Shown: positions 50,092 through 64,000, numbered from the stretch's first letter. The stretch is 64,000 nucleotides of DNA from Yuukianura sp. NJ FZ-2021 (GCA_046563655.1 CM102290.1:7874001-7938000), one strand, 5' to 3'. Notes: generated by a model not told the origin, from the sequence alone. Numbers and translations: made by a program.

Positions 50092-53000
50092 TTACAGAAT
50101 TTCGAACATTTTCTTTAGTTCAACCATTAATTGCCAATCCGCTTTTTGAAGGTCGTTCCGAAAATAATCTTTACAGGCATCAATAGACTCACGGGTAATT
50201 TTGGACACGATAATATCCGTTTCCTGGAAGTGTCTGCCCAGCATCTTCGGTGATTCTCCTGGAATAGGCTCAATTTTGATACAGACTTCCTGGCCTTTGC
50301 GAGCACTTTCCATCTGTTTGTGATTGTATTCGATAGTAGATACTCGTCCAATCTCCAGAAAATCAGCATTCGGCACACAGAGTGGTGTTCCCTCCTTGAT
50401 AATTCCCGCCTCTACCATAACGCCCACAATAATTGGATCCCGCGTATTGAAGATGAACTGCGGCAGAATTTTGATTTTGCAAGGGAATACAGCCACATGC
50501 TTGAACTCATCTCGTTTTTTGGACTTGAGTTCGTCTCGGTAGGCCATAAACTTATCAAAGAGATGGTAAATAATGTCGGCTTGAAAGATGCGCACGCCCA
50601 GATTATCTGCAAGTTCTTGCGCATCCCGCTCAATTTTGACATCAAAAGCCAAAATTACGGCATACTGGCTGTCATGCTCCAGCATAATTGATGCCTTCAT
50701 TACGTCCTTTTTGACAACCGGTCCAATTCGAATTCCCGCATATGGAATTGACGAAGTCTTCAGAAACTCGAGAAGAGCTTCCAAGGAACCGAGCGTAGAA
50801 GCTTGAACAAATACTCCTCGATCCTGAAGGCGGATTGAACTCATGACGGATTTAAGTTCCTTGGCCACTTCTTCTTTACAAAGTTCAACTTCGTCAGGAT
50901 GTTGAGCTACAAGAACGTTTAGTCCTGCTATTGTCTTCTCCAAGTCTCTTCCGGCAATCTTAACTCCGACTGCTCCTTTGATTTCTTTGTATTCAATGTA
51001 AGCACTCTTGATACGAAGTTCCTTCATGGGTTGAGGTGTGAGTAGAGAACGAATCTGTGTGACAATGGGGCCATCCGTACCAGCCAGAATGAGAGTGTCG
51101 CCTTCATGCAGAGTTCCGTTCAGCAGTATCACATCCACAGTAGTACCCAATCCAGGAATCGCTTTCACTTCTAGCACAGTTGCTTGTAGCTCGTTTGAAA
51201 ACATCAAGCGCTTAGCCAGCATATTTTGAGAAAGTTCTATAATCAGCCCCATCAAATTCCCCATTCCTTCTCCACTGAATGCACTAGTTGGTACCATTGA
51301 AATGTAAGTCTTGGGATCAGGATTTAGATGTACCAATGCAGCATTCAGTCCCTGCATAAAACCAAGTAATGCATGAATCAATATTTTACACTGAAGGTTG
51401 TAGTAGACCTTATGTTCGGTTTCTGTACCTGCTCGGCAAACTGTACGATCACTTCATTGGTTCTTTTCTCAAATTCTAGTAACGTGTTCTTAGGTTGCGA
51501 TCTCAAGACATCGCGGATATCTTTTTTACCCGTCGTTGCTTGCCAGTCGTAAAGACTATTCAAAAAATAGTTTGCAGACAAACAAAAATTTAGAAACGGC
51601 CATTACGCTTATCTATTACAAATATTCAAAGATAGAATGATATTTACCGGTCAATCTTGTTAAGGGCGACCACAAATGGAGTCTTCTTAGATTTGAGCAA
51701 ATTGATAGACTCTATCGTCTGTGGTTCCAGTCCATGCATAATGTCAACTACAAGAATGGCGATATCACATAGCGAAGATCCTCTCGAACGCAAGTTACTG
51801 AAGGACTCATGGCCGGGCGTATCAATGATTAGAAGACCAGGAAGTTTAAGTTCCAAGTCTGCAAACTACAACAACAAAAACTTATTTTCGTTTCATTATT
51901 TATTACAATAAGGCATAACTCACATTCTTGACGAATTTAGTCTGTTCTTTAATAGCCTCGATGGGGACATTGGTTGCACCGATCTGCTGCGTAATTCCAC
52001 CGGCCTCACCATCTTGGACATGCGTCCGTCGTAACTTATCCAGAATCTTCGTTTTACCTTTTTGAATACAAAGTGTCATTAAATGAGAGATTAAACCAGA
52101 AACAAGTTAAAAATAGATACCTGTGTCTACATGTCCAAGCACACACACAACTGGCGAGCGAAGTTCGTTTAGACTCCTAGCCTTCTCATTTGCTTGGCGC
52201 CGTTTCTTTGAAAACAATTTCGTATTAATACATTATTTGATATCATCATTTAATTAACAGACTTACCTCGATCCTGGTTTCCGCCTTTTCCTTTTTCCTT
52301 TCAGCGTCAGTCTTGTGCTCAACTTCTTCTTCGTCGTCATCCTCGGAGCTGTCTGACTCGTCCTCACTTGCAGAGTGAGACGCAGCATCTTCTTCCGCAG
52401 AACCCTCTGATGATTGCTGCTTGGTTAACGCTGGTTTAGTATCTTGAGTCGCAGGCGCAGCATCAGTTGCTTTGTTAGTATTAGCCTCCGAAGCACCCTC
52501 TGCTATGTCAACGTCGGAATCTTGATCCCATGACTCCTTGATCTGCTCTTCCTCTTGGCTTTCTTCGTCCTTAGTAGCATCACCTTCAGCAGACCCGTTC
52601 TCGGGTGCGGTACCCGCGTCCGCAGATTTTGGCTCTTCTTCAGTGCTTGGCTGTGTTTCCAACTGATTTTGGCCTTTCTTTGGTCGAGTCCTCGTGCCCA
52701 TTCGCGTTTTCTTCTCTCCACCAGCTTCGGGAACTTCAATACCACGAGCACGTAAAGATTCCAGCATAGCTAGTTGACGCTGTTTCTCTTGACGTTGTTT
52801 CGGGGTTAGGAATTTTCCTTCTGCCTTGAGCCGTTCTTTCTTCTCCTTCTCTTTCTGCTTCTTCTTCTCCTTTTTCTCTTGTTCCAGACGTATCTAATTT
52901 AAATAGTTCCAATATTATACATTTTTTTTACTTGGAATATCAAGTTTTTAAGTTTAATACGAAATGTATGCTAACCTTCTCCAGTCGGGCATTTTCGGCC

Positions 53001-53337
53001 TCTTCTCTCTGCCTCTCCTTTTCTTCTTCTTCTCGGAGTAATCGATCTTCTTCCTCTTTTTGTCGTCGTATTTGCTCCTTTATAAGTTCAATTTGCTTGC
53101 TACTTGGTCCTTTACGTTTTGACTTGTCTTCCTTCGGCGGTTCCTTTTCCTTTGCCGGTTTCTTTTTCTTTTTCTTCTTCTTCTCAGGATCAGCTTCACC
53201 AGTACCGTCCAATTTGTCTTCTGAATTATACAAACGAAAAGCGATTATTAGTGTAAATATGATTCTATTTCGTATTGTGCATGCGTGTTACCATTTTCGG
53301 GCTTTTCCAGTGCCCCCTCTTCGACCTTGGAACTCAT
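50092..53337 (-). CDS. EIF5B: Eukaryotic translation initiation factor 5B (~913 aa, 8 coding exons)
   Basis: [84 protein letters not shown]. Exons 53337-53292, 53220-52976, 52893-52267, 52205-52121, 52057-51924, 51865-51648, 51555-51429, 51351-50092. Confidence 0.96.
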
Positions 53338-54022
53338 TCTTCTTTCCTGTGGTGCGAATTATAAAGGGAAACGATAATGGAAACACAAAGTTGAAGTAGC
53401 ACACTTCGTCAATTCTACCCACTTAGAAACGAATGGTTGAAATTGAGTTAAGAAGCGATTAATCAAAATGAGTACAGGTTGACCAATTATGTTGAAATTA
53501 AAATGAACATCCAGCGTGCGAATTCCAGTATCAAACACTGCAGCAGCTGTAGTAAATCAAGTGCAGAGAAATTATTTCCTAGTGCAAACATCGAGCAGGT
53601 TACGAAATTGAAACACTTCACAAGTTCTGACAGCACAAAAACTCACTTCACATCAATAACATTCACCCACATCAACAGAGCGGGGCAAACTGACACATTC
53701 TTTAGCTAACGAGTAAAACTCGTAGTGCTGTTAATTTCAATCAATCCTAATTAATTACTAATTAGTTATGAAATTCTTTACTGAAACTTAAAAAAACCAA
53801 TTTTTTATACGGTATTACAAATTGACGCTAAAAAATCCAGGGGCATGGGATATGGAAATGTAACTTAAGAACTATTGACGGTTTCATACAAATCGCGGTT
53901 TATCGTGCTATTCAGGAAGTTGGACATTACTAAATGCCGGCTGGAGTTTGAATTTGTTGTCAGATAGTTGAGCAAGATTTAAATTCACTTAGCGCCCTTG
54001 TTTTTAGTGCACTTTGTATAAG

Positions 54023-55527
54023 CTATTTAAACTGAAGCATGGATTTAAAAGTAGACAGAATTTGATCTGAGGCAGCCCCCGGACTAACTGATCCGTCCTT
54101 GACGCGGACTTCCAAAGAATCCGTCATGCTCTTCAAGCGTAAGTCGTGGAATAGAATGTCTTTAAATCCGTCTTCTAAATGAGTCCACATCCAAATAGAA
54201 CGTTGCTTTCCTCGTTTTTTCATCAGATCTTCCTCTGTTGCTTTTCTAAATAAATTGACTAGATCCCAGAATTTGGTTATACCCTCATTCGTTTTTGCTG
54301 AAACTTGAAGTACCTGAAACAGTAAAAGGAAGATTACTTTTAAAATTTGCTTGATCTGTCATCTTGAAAGTAGAATAAAATATTGAAAATACTTTTGTTT
54401 TCCAATTCGGAGTTGATGGCCTCATGAATTTGAGAGCAGCCATGTACTCGTATTGTGTTCGATGCGCAGCAGCAGCCAAGTCTCCATCAGCCTTTGTCAC
54501 AACTAGCAGATCTGCCAGCTCTACGATTCCACGTTTTACTCCTTGCAGTTCGTCTCCTCCTCCGGGTGGTAATAAAAGAACAAATAAGTCTACCATGTTG
54601 GTCACCGCATACTCTGATTGACCTACCCCTGAAAGTTAACAGAACAGCGGGAGATAGTAGGATTTCATTATGACAAATTACATACTAAGTTCTGGTGTTT
54701 TCCCCATTTACCTACAGTCTCCACAAGTATTATGTCGTAACCAGCATATTCACATAGTACTATTGCTTCATTAGTTGACCTGGTAACGCCACCAAGATGA
54801 CCCCGAGCAGGCGACGGTCGGATGTACGCGTTGGTATCCCTCGTCAGTTCAGGCATTCGCGTCTTGTCCCCTAGCAGAGATCCGCCGGTAGTTGACGATG
54901 AAGGATCAACCGCCAATACAGCAACTTTATGTCCTTTGGAAGTCAAAAACTTCCCTAACACTTCGATAAACGTAGACTTCCCTGCACCAGGAGGTCCTGA
55001 TAACCCTGAAATGAAAAATTGATTCTCCGAAATGCTGTGGACTTAAGTAAATATATTTAAAAACTATGTTTGAAATTCCACGTTACCAATTCTGTAACTG
55101 TTTTGATGGTGCTGTCCGGGAGATTGAAGTATCTGTTCCATTACGCATTTCGCCAGCTCCCTCTTTCGTGGATGTTCACTTTCAACTAATGTGATTGCTG
55201 AGGCCAAGGTTGACCTTTTTCCATTGAACAAATCTTCGACTATTAAACTTGCGCGACGCCTCTCATGCTCATCTAATTGAACAAAGTTTTGTTGTGTACA
55301 AAAATGAGTTATAAACAATCGTTGACATCCACGGGTTTTCGTTGGTGCAGTCCATCCCCGCCTAAACTGACAAAAATTATAGTATTAATTTTGACTTAAC
55401 ACTAAATACATAGCGGTAGGAAAACAAAATACATAAAACCTATTTGTTTCATCTGAATTAGAATTACCCAAATTGGTCGAAGTAACAAAGGAATAGAATT
55501 TAGTAACTTGTAAGTAGTCATTGCCAT
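54023..55527 (-). CDS. MMAA: Methylmalonic aciduria type A protein (MeaB/ArgK-family GTPase, mitochondrial)
   Basis: [91 protein letters not shown]; about 5 exons. Confidence 0.95.
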
Positions 55528-58500
55528 AATTCCAATCCAAGCACTCGAAAGCCTCGTCTTTCTAAGTAAATCCCGAAAGAAAATAAATTATTTAGAACAA
55601 ACAATAGCAAGTATGTACTGTAGTTAATAACTTAAACGTAAGTTAGTATGAATGTCAAGATTCCACAAATACCGGAAAGAAAGTATAGGATAGGCCCACC
55701 TCAACGACGTGTACAAGTGACGATGGTTGATACTGCTTCGATACCGCTTGTTATTTATGTCTATTTAGTAATCATAATTAAAAAAGTTAATTAATAAACA
55801 CACTTTAATTAAGTTAAGTTTTAACTAGGTTATGCTTTTAAAGATGGTTATCACACCTTCTCTGTATTAGTACTAAACTGATCATCTGTTCCAGCTGCCA
55901 GAGGCGTAGATCACCTGTTTTCTACTGTAAATTGAATCCGTTTCCCGCGCCTTTGTTCCAAATTTATCTCTGAACTCCTTAGGCAGTAGATGTCACCCTA
56001 CAGTCACTCTGACAACAACGAAGAATTTATCATTGAAATGGCATTGATTTAGTAATTAACAGCCTGTCAGATTAACAAAGTTTATAGCTATTTTTGTGCT
56101 GAACATCTTTTGAGGTTAAACCCCCCCCCCTCCCGTTATTTTAAAACTCCGCATCCTCCATTGGGACGGGGGAGGGGGGATGAACGGGTAGGGTTTATTT
56201 TAAGGTTAATGTTCACTCAAAAGTTAGTAAAAGTAAAACTAATATTCCAAAATGATGTTCAGACTAATCAAAAAACATCTTATTTTGCTAAAAAAATCGG
56301 AGTGACAATATAGTCATTACAATTTCCTGCCGTGACGTCGTTTCCTTGTGAGCCCTGTCAGGCTCGCCAACGTTCAAAATCAGAATTGGAGTAAGTAAGG
56401 TATCCCACCAAATAACAAAAGTTCGACCTTAGCATTAACCATGTACCAATTCCTTCAAAGGACAACACACATAATATGCTCTCACGCAAAGAAATCCAGT
56501 CCAAAAAATACATTTTTCTAGGCTGACACACTACAGTTCTCGAACCTTGTTATGTTGGCAAAGAGCCAAAATACAAAAAAAAAAACAAGCGTTGAAATTT
56601 GTATACTGTTCTTACAATTGTTTTGTTCACAATGTGCGTGTAGTCGTATTTATCACTCTCCCTTGTTTCTGATTACATTCTGATGACCCCTGTAGGAAAC
56701 AAAAGAGTGCATCATCGCATTGTCGAATTAGCAAGTACAATTTAGTTAACTAGTACATGGGTTGGAGACAACTGTTAACTTAACAGTGTTAAGGCTGTTG
56801 AATGCTTATTCAATTTGGCCCCGCCCTTTATTCGCCGCTGCTGTATCTTCCAAAAACACGTTTCTTCCCACGACCAACAAAACAACAACAGTCTTCTTGG
56901 AGATACATTCAGAAAATACAGATCTGAACATACAGTATTCAAAAGAGGGTCATTGTTCCAGCCAACGGAGAGTGCGTTGAGGGACGCACTCAATCTGTTC
57001 CAGTGCGTACATGCGTAGATGCGTAAACCACAGAATGCGTTTCACCCACTACTTCCCACCCTTAAATCATACGGATAACTTCGGAATCGACTGCTATAAG
57101 TACACAAACGCAAGGCTCTGATGCATAACTTCCTTTAAAGCAGATGCCGAATGTTCCAGGACGTTGAAAATATGCTGGGAACAAGGTATTATAGTATCCG
57201 ATCTTGCATTTGGTTTAAACCGATACACTTGAGTGGTTACGAACATTAGCGTAACGTAATTCTAACGTTACGTGAGGAAGATCCAATGAAGTTCCTCTGC
57301 TGTAAATACTTTCACTTCTACTTTCCCCGTCCTCAACATGTGGAAATTTCATAACAAAAAATGCACGAAGTGGAGGCCGCGCCGATTGTTTGAAAAGTGC
57401 GTGAGGGCCTTAACCTTTGAACTGCTCAAAACCAATAACATTTTGCACCAATACATTTATTTCCTAGCATCATCTGCAAATTTCCTTTATTTGGCTAAAC
57501 ATGCAGAAATGTTGGCATATTTCCCAGCATTGAATCAATTTTTTTCCGTTCCTTTTAGTTTATTATAACACCACTTAACTCCATATGTAATGGGTTATTG
57601 AGGAGGCGTGTCCTGTGTTGTAGGCCAAGGAAATCCAGCCTAAAGATGCGATGAAAAAAATTTTTTCAACGTTACTTTTTCCTGTTTAGTTTCATCCTTG
57701 GAAGTGCGTTTGTGCGTGAGGTCTTCTGTTCGGCTTGCTGAAGGCAGGGGAGGCATTTTTGGACGAGATTTTTTGGGCAGCCATAGGCATAGGGGATCCA
57801 CTGACACCAAATGGAAGCTTACGCATAATAACACACGCATAGGACGCACTCTCGAAACAGTAGTGTTTGTTACACACCAAGTTAAGTGTTACAGCACAGC
57901 TATAAGCTGTACTTTTTTGGGTAACATAGGGAAAATACAATGCAAAAGACATACTACTCTACTTTTACAAGGATTCAGAGGAATTTGGTTAGACTCGATA
58001 CTCGTCGGTAGTTGAGCAATCTTCAACGTTATTCTTCTATAGTAACATTATTCTATTTTACTTTTTAGGAGAGATTAGGCTAAAACAATATATTGGAGTA
58101 AAAGACGCCAACTACTAGAACAAACCTCCTCATTTGCCGTTGTTTGTGGAGTCCTTAACTACTTTACTCACTTGCGGAAACCTAAGAGTTACATAACTAA
58201 CCCACCTTGAGGCAAATTAACTTACTTCAACTTTACTTGAATTTCTTCAGCTAACTAGAATCTTTCCAACCATTATCATCAACCTTGTCTAACAAAAATA
58301 TTCAAGTCGCAGTCACTGCCAATACTGCGTATACGGGAAGTGGAAGTACTGCAGGTACCTTCTTCCTGTCCTGTGTGACTCAACATTCTTCGTGTTTTGT
58401 TACCTTAGGTTCTGCTACACTCCGGGTATGTACACATCAGTCTAATATTTTTGAATATGTTACATTGAGTAAGATAGTGTATACAAACAAAAGTTTAAGT

Positions 58501-58661
58501 TCTGAACGCAAATTTGAGCAGTAATGCTAATCGCTAATGTAGAAATTTGTATGTTTTGTAGAAATTTCTCCGATAGAAATCTCCGGTATTCGAAGGTCAT
58601 TGCTCCCAGCCGCCGCTACTGAACTTCCGAAAGCTCCAAAATAAGTTGACCGTGTCGTCGC

Positions 58662-58958
58662 TCAGTTCGTCAGTTCAATGTTCAAATCCAATCAGAAGAC
58701 TTACATCCTAGTTGTGTATTAGTTTGTGTATGACGTAAGGCACTAAAAAGTTTGTGGAGTGCAGTGTTACACGCTGGACTGAGCAAGTTCTTCTGGAAGA
58801 TAATGGAATTCTGAAGAATCCCAGTCATAATCTTAAGAATTTTTGGAAGATGTGAACTTTGTAGTCTCCAGTTCGTCTAACAAGGACAAGACGATGAGAT
58901 TTCGTCACCAGCCCTGGAGATTGAAAGGCTCCGTGTTGGAATAACTACGTAGAGTATG
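58662..58958 (+). promoter_or_regulatory. Probable TSS and non-coding first exon of the rightmost gene
   Basis: Tandem Inr TCAGTT at 58662 and 58670; donor ATG|GTAAGG at 58958/58959; acceptor TTTTCAG ending at 59602. Confidence 0.5.
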
Positions 58959-59624
58959 GTAAGGTCAACCTATAGTTCAAAATACTTACTGGCGGACAAT
59001 TTAAGAAACATTTTCACTGTCTATTGTTCATTATGTTATTCTTTAGTTCGTGTCTCTCAAAAGTTCCAGAAATTTGTAAATGAAATGACACCACCATTCA
59101 ATCGTTTTAACTAGGCGGTGCCTTCCATAACGGAAATACAATGACTTTTTTCAAATCAAACTGTAGTTTGAGTAGCTAGTTAATTCGTCAGTGGAGCGCT
59201 GACGTACTTTTTTTTTAAACAATCGCTGAGAATTTCCTTTTTAATCGAAAATTGAGTGTCATACGCCATCCTACTTGACGCTAAATTCACGTTTATAAAC
59301 AACTTCTGACGTCAACTTACGGAACAAGAGCCTCTGAAAAAGTATTGAACTTTGATGTTAGGTTTAAAAATTGAGACAATTGTGATTAACCTATTGTTTC
59401 TCCTTGGCTGCCTCCTGTCAGAAACTCGATTGTTCATGGTGTCAAGTCAGACAGTCTCAAAGAATGAAATGAATATGTGCAAAAATTGTATCCTTTGAGG
59501 GTTGAACGGTTGAACATGGACTGTTAGCTCTCAACAGTACAAAATGTTCCAAATTAGCCTCGTTTGTACTCAAGATGTCTGTATTTTTTGTGTGATTTTC
59601 AGGCGTAACCTTGGAGAAGGTAAA

Positions 59625-59917
59625 ATGGGGGAAGGTGGTGAAAGTGTGGAGAGAAAAGAGGCTGAAGTGGGGCGGAAGAAGGAAGATGAAGATGACGACG
59701 TGGTGGTAGAGAAGGTGGCAGTGGTAGAGGACGGACTAGGACATGAACTACTGGGTTCCGCGGAAGCTGATGGTGGTAGTCATGGCAACGGAGACAGCAA
59801 AGAGACTCATGATATCGAAGAAGATGATCAAACCTTTCCATCAAATTCTAGTAATTCCGAAGAGACTGCTTCTGACTCACTGGAAGAACCTGGACAGTCG
59901 TCCGGTCTTCCTCCGAG
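59625..59917 (+). CDS. First coding exon of an unidentified protein with an acidic, disordered N-terminus; gene probably continues beyond the window
   Basis: AAAATGG start; MGEGGESVERKEAEVGRKKEDEDDD...PGQSSGLPP; donor AG|GTAATA at 59917/59918. No downstream exon recognised. Confidence 0.65.
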
Positions 59918-62900
59918 GTAATACGTTATTTTTTTAAAAAGCTAACAATCTGTTGTAAACGTAGAGTACGACTCTCTTCATCTTCATGCGCCCGGCCTCC
60001 ATGACACCAAGGAATAACCACCTCAATTTTTTTTGGTTTTTACCACAGTTTTTTGGTTTTTACAAAGTAGTGGAGAGTGTAGACTTTTTTCATAGCCACC
60101 TAAAATAACATCTTTCGTACAAAGTTCAAAAAGAAAACAAAAACCAAAAAAGAAAAGGTTTTAGGAAACGAATGTGGTATCGATTATCGGATTGAACCAA
60201 ACAATGCAAACACATCTCGCCTACATAATTATTTGACGTATGACATCCTTTCATATTTAAAACCTTAAAAAGCTTCTCTCGGCCCTAACGACCTGCGTTT
60301 TGTTAAGTACGACCATTGCACAAAACTTTGCAAAAAAAAAAAAGAAAAAGAACTTAGACTTTGAAGACTTTGCAAAAAACTCTTATTTTCGTCCTTGGTT
60401 GAGAGCAGTCTAGGCCACAGCGTCAAAGTCGTCTTTTGCTTCTACAACTTTTGTTTTCCAACCAGTTGATGGCGTCCGTGTTCAAAATGTGCAAAATACT
60501 AATGCATTAGAAATTTGAGCAGCAGCGACGAATGGAGTCTGAGTGTTTCCATATTATTATAATTCATAAAACCATGTACATATCAGTCCTTGTCCAAGTG
60601 TCTGATGCTGTCTGTACACAGTGTTTGCTGGAGTTTATTGTAAAAATGCAGATTGGGTTTTTGCAAAAACCATTCCACTGCCAAACGGTTATCTGACATG
60701 TATATGTGAGTAAGGGGCTGGAACTTTTGTGTGGGGCTGGAGCATGGACAGTTTGGGGTAGGCCGAACCTAACCTTCAGTTTCCAGCGTATTACTAAAGC
60801 AGTAGCAGTTTAGTTTCTAGAATCAAGGAACGCGGATGCTTTAGCAAGTCACCAACTTTTAGCTAGCTAGAAGCTTTCACCCAACTACTCCATAATACTT
60901 TTACCGCCCATTCCTATCCAGATTCAACTAACGAGTCAGTTTTCAGTTGTTGTTTGCAGTAAAGTTGTCCCTGCCCTATACCACCATACCACCACACCAC
61001 CTAAACCACAATACTTTTTTTTCTTGCCAAAATCATTCAGAGACAGAATTTGCAAATGTTGGGAGCAGAAGCTATAAGCTTTTTTAGTTTATTAGACTCT
61101 TCTAGTAAAGTTAGCTTTTGTCCGTCGTGATAAGTATCCCCTCTTTTACAATTTCCCTCCGCAGTTACAAGTTGACCTTCATAGTGGCTCTCATCATCAT
61201 CGGACCAACTTTTCTCGAATTTTCTTGTTCAATTGACTGTCCAGTGTACACTTTTCAGTTGGGCACAAAGTATTTAACAACTTTTTTTTCAAAAAAAAAG
61301 TGAATCAGACAAGTACAAAGTCCAACTTCTACTACAAGGACTTCTAGTTTGGACTTCCTTTGAAAGCCGCAATTCCATAGTCTCGGAACCCGGCTTTTTT
61401 TTTAAATTGTATTTTTGTGTGTATTTTCACAACACTCAAAAACTCAAATTTTTATTCCAGTGCTTCTTTCAAAAGCAGAGAAGCAAAAGCTCCCACCTTA
61501 TTTCCTCATATCAAATTCAACGACTAAAAAACCACTTCGGGTGGTAAGGTAAAGCGTTAACTGACGCGTAAGATTCCGTCTTTGGAAGGTTATGTGCATC
61601 ACCCATACGTTTCCAGTGCATTGTGTTACTCCAAAAGTACTGTTGCCGATGACATTGATGTTAGTGTCAATCTGAGCAAGCGCAGAAGGGTTTCTGTTAG
61701 TAACTTAACTTTACAACAATGGAAATGGAACGACAATACTACATAGATTACCCGTACGGCTCGGAGTATGACCATCTTCCTGTCAGGTAAATAACCAACA
61801 TTAACTTTTTTTTCAATGTTAACTTTTTCAAAAACAAATGCGTGACAAAGATGTAGGTCAAATGAGTGTGGTGGAGCTGGAACAAAAAATTTTGTTTCCG
61901 GCAATGAGGTTAAGAGATGGTTGTGTCATTTCCTTTCCTTTTCCTAGCCCAACATTGTTAAAAAAATAGCGAATAATTTGTTTTGGAAAACGAAATAAGT
62001 ACTGGACGTAACAAGAGCCGACTCAGCGTCAATTTATATTCAAGTTACTTTGTTAGTGTAAAAATCCGCCATTAAAATTTGCTAATGGTGTTGATTTGTG
62101 TTGAAAATAGGAAAGTCAATGTGCTAAATTGACACTCTATACCTTGTAATTTGTGAGGGTAGTCGGTGTCAGCGTCCTGTAATGAAATAAGCGACACCCG
62201 TCTTAGAGTTCTTATTTGACCTCAGCTGGTGTTGACATGGCAGCTTTTCGATCACTGACCTCACAAATCTTTGTAGTGTCACAAACCTTTCCTATCTCAA
62301 ATTGTAGACATATTTCGATAAAACTAATTGTTGTACTTAAGTCATCTATTGAACTGGAGAAGTTGAAACTTGTCATTCCGATTAGGTTTGGTTACCGCAG
62401 GTTCAAAAACCAACACCGTTGATTTCTTTCTTCATTTTTTTAACATTAGCATTTCAAAAATGCATTTTCTTTATACCGTAACCGTTACTTTCACAACTTA
62501 TTCAAAGTTGGCCTTCAAGTTGAAGTAAGCATTATTAGCATACACCAGATATGCATGTTCTAAAAAATGCCGTTTTAGTCGCCTAAAAAGCTAGTAAAAA
62601 TAGCCGAAAAATTCCCTAAAACCTAAAAAAAACATTTGAAATTCCGGTGGGAGACTCTGAATTTTTATATGTTCCTCTGTCTATTCAAAATCCAGCTCAA
62701 AAAAGTTCAAGGCACAAGTTCAAAACGGGAAAGCCTACACATTTAGTTCAGCAGTAAAGTAACTGTTCAACGGATGAATGTCACGTGCTTAACTAAGATT
62801 TACAATCTTAGTTGTACACCATCACAACTCAATACACTTCCAATCAATTTTGACCAATTTTTTTTTCACACTTTAACACTAAAAAAACGGCGCGCGGGTA

Positions 62901-64000
62901 CGACGCTTAAGTCCCGCTCAACATATTTGCTCAAAGAATCGAACGCGATTACATTATTTTCAATTTTTCGCCAATTTTGGCAGATATGTCGAAAAAATTT
63001 CTCAAAAACAGGGTATTCCGCCAGTATTTTACGAAAAAGGTCCTGGCCGAAGCTTTTGTTTTTAAGTCCGAAAAGGCGTTTCTCGGCTTTTAAGGTTTTT
63101 AAAGTCCTAAACTGGTTATAACATGCTTTTCCGGAGTGTGATTATTAGCATAGGGCTATAGCGAACCACTTAAGAAAAGAGGAATGATAAGATTAACGAG
63201 GAAACGTTTCGCAATTTTTTGATCAGTTAATATAGTTGACTAATTGAAGGGGGTCTAATTTTTAATAAGTTCAAGGGAAAGTAAGGGAACTTGAAAAATT
63301 TTGAACTTCAATTCCGTGGCGTATACTTGAATAAAATTCAATTCAGACATCTAGAGTCAGAGAATTAAACAAGTCACAATAGATAGAATATTTTATTGCT
63401 CAACGCAAATGGCAAACAAAAATGACGTCATTTGTACTTCGGAAAAACATTTTTAAAGAGCGTTTGAAGTGTTTTTTTAAACTAATTTTGAGCAATAGAT
63501 TGACTTAAAAGACTTCAACTGATTTTCAATTACGTTAGTCCTAATTCCTCACCTGTGTTAATGGTTGCAATGCTCTTGAATAAAACTAGGCTATTATATA
63601 GAAAACGAAAGTAAAAGTCGTTCGTTTTTACGCCGCAAGTACTATTTCCGTTTTGTTGCAGATTTTTTTTTGCAGAATTGGACCAACACTGTCCGCATTG
63701 AATTTTATTTTGTTTTGTATTGGATTCGTTTTTTGCCTTGATACTGTGCCCTTTACCCTGGACCACATTTTGTTTTTGTACACAAGTTTAGATGATGAGT
63801 TGAATAGAAAATTCAATTTTTGTTCCTGCTGTCATGCCATGTCATATTTCAGAGGCATGAGTCAATTCAATGGGAAATGGTTATGGCAGTCGTGGTACTA
63901 GTGATGATGAGTAAATATAAAGAGGGCGGATAATAAGATACTGAAGAAGCTTCCTTTCGTTAATGTCAGTTTAAAGTCCACAATTAGTGAACTGACCTTA

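Noticed and set aside
60000..64000. ORFs of 61-115 aa at the right end
   Set aside because: AT-rich and F/K/L-biased with no motifs; probably intron of the 59625 gene with transposon remnants.

Overview
Eukaryotic (arthropod-type) genomic DNA: AT-rich, GT-AG introns mostly 55-100 nt, TTAGG repeats inside transposons. Retention of MMAA points to a non-insect arthropod such as a springtail or crustacean (inference). In order: a large secreted low-complexity protein (minus strand, runs off the left edge, missed by the ORF track); histidyl-tRNA synthetase; a doublecortin-like kinase; head-to-head PAICS/PPAT purine-synthesis genes; head-to-head XPNPEP3/Nup54; a ~22 kb gene-poor domain holding sprouty (one coding exon, inferred ~11.5 kb 5' intron); eIF5B; MMAA; and the first coding exon of an unidentified acidic protein. 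Several non-autonomous DNA transposons are present. Most notable: the vertebrate-like divergent PPAT-PAICS pair with a spacer rich in nuclear-receptor and E-box motifs, an inverted duplicated ~48-bp element with conserved stem and variable loop 3' of sprouty, a 96/97-bp hairpin 3' of HisRS, and a WHEP-less, probably dual-targeted HisRS. I found no clear-cut novel multi-gene system. Gene models were spliced by eye and no database search was run.
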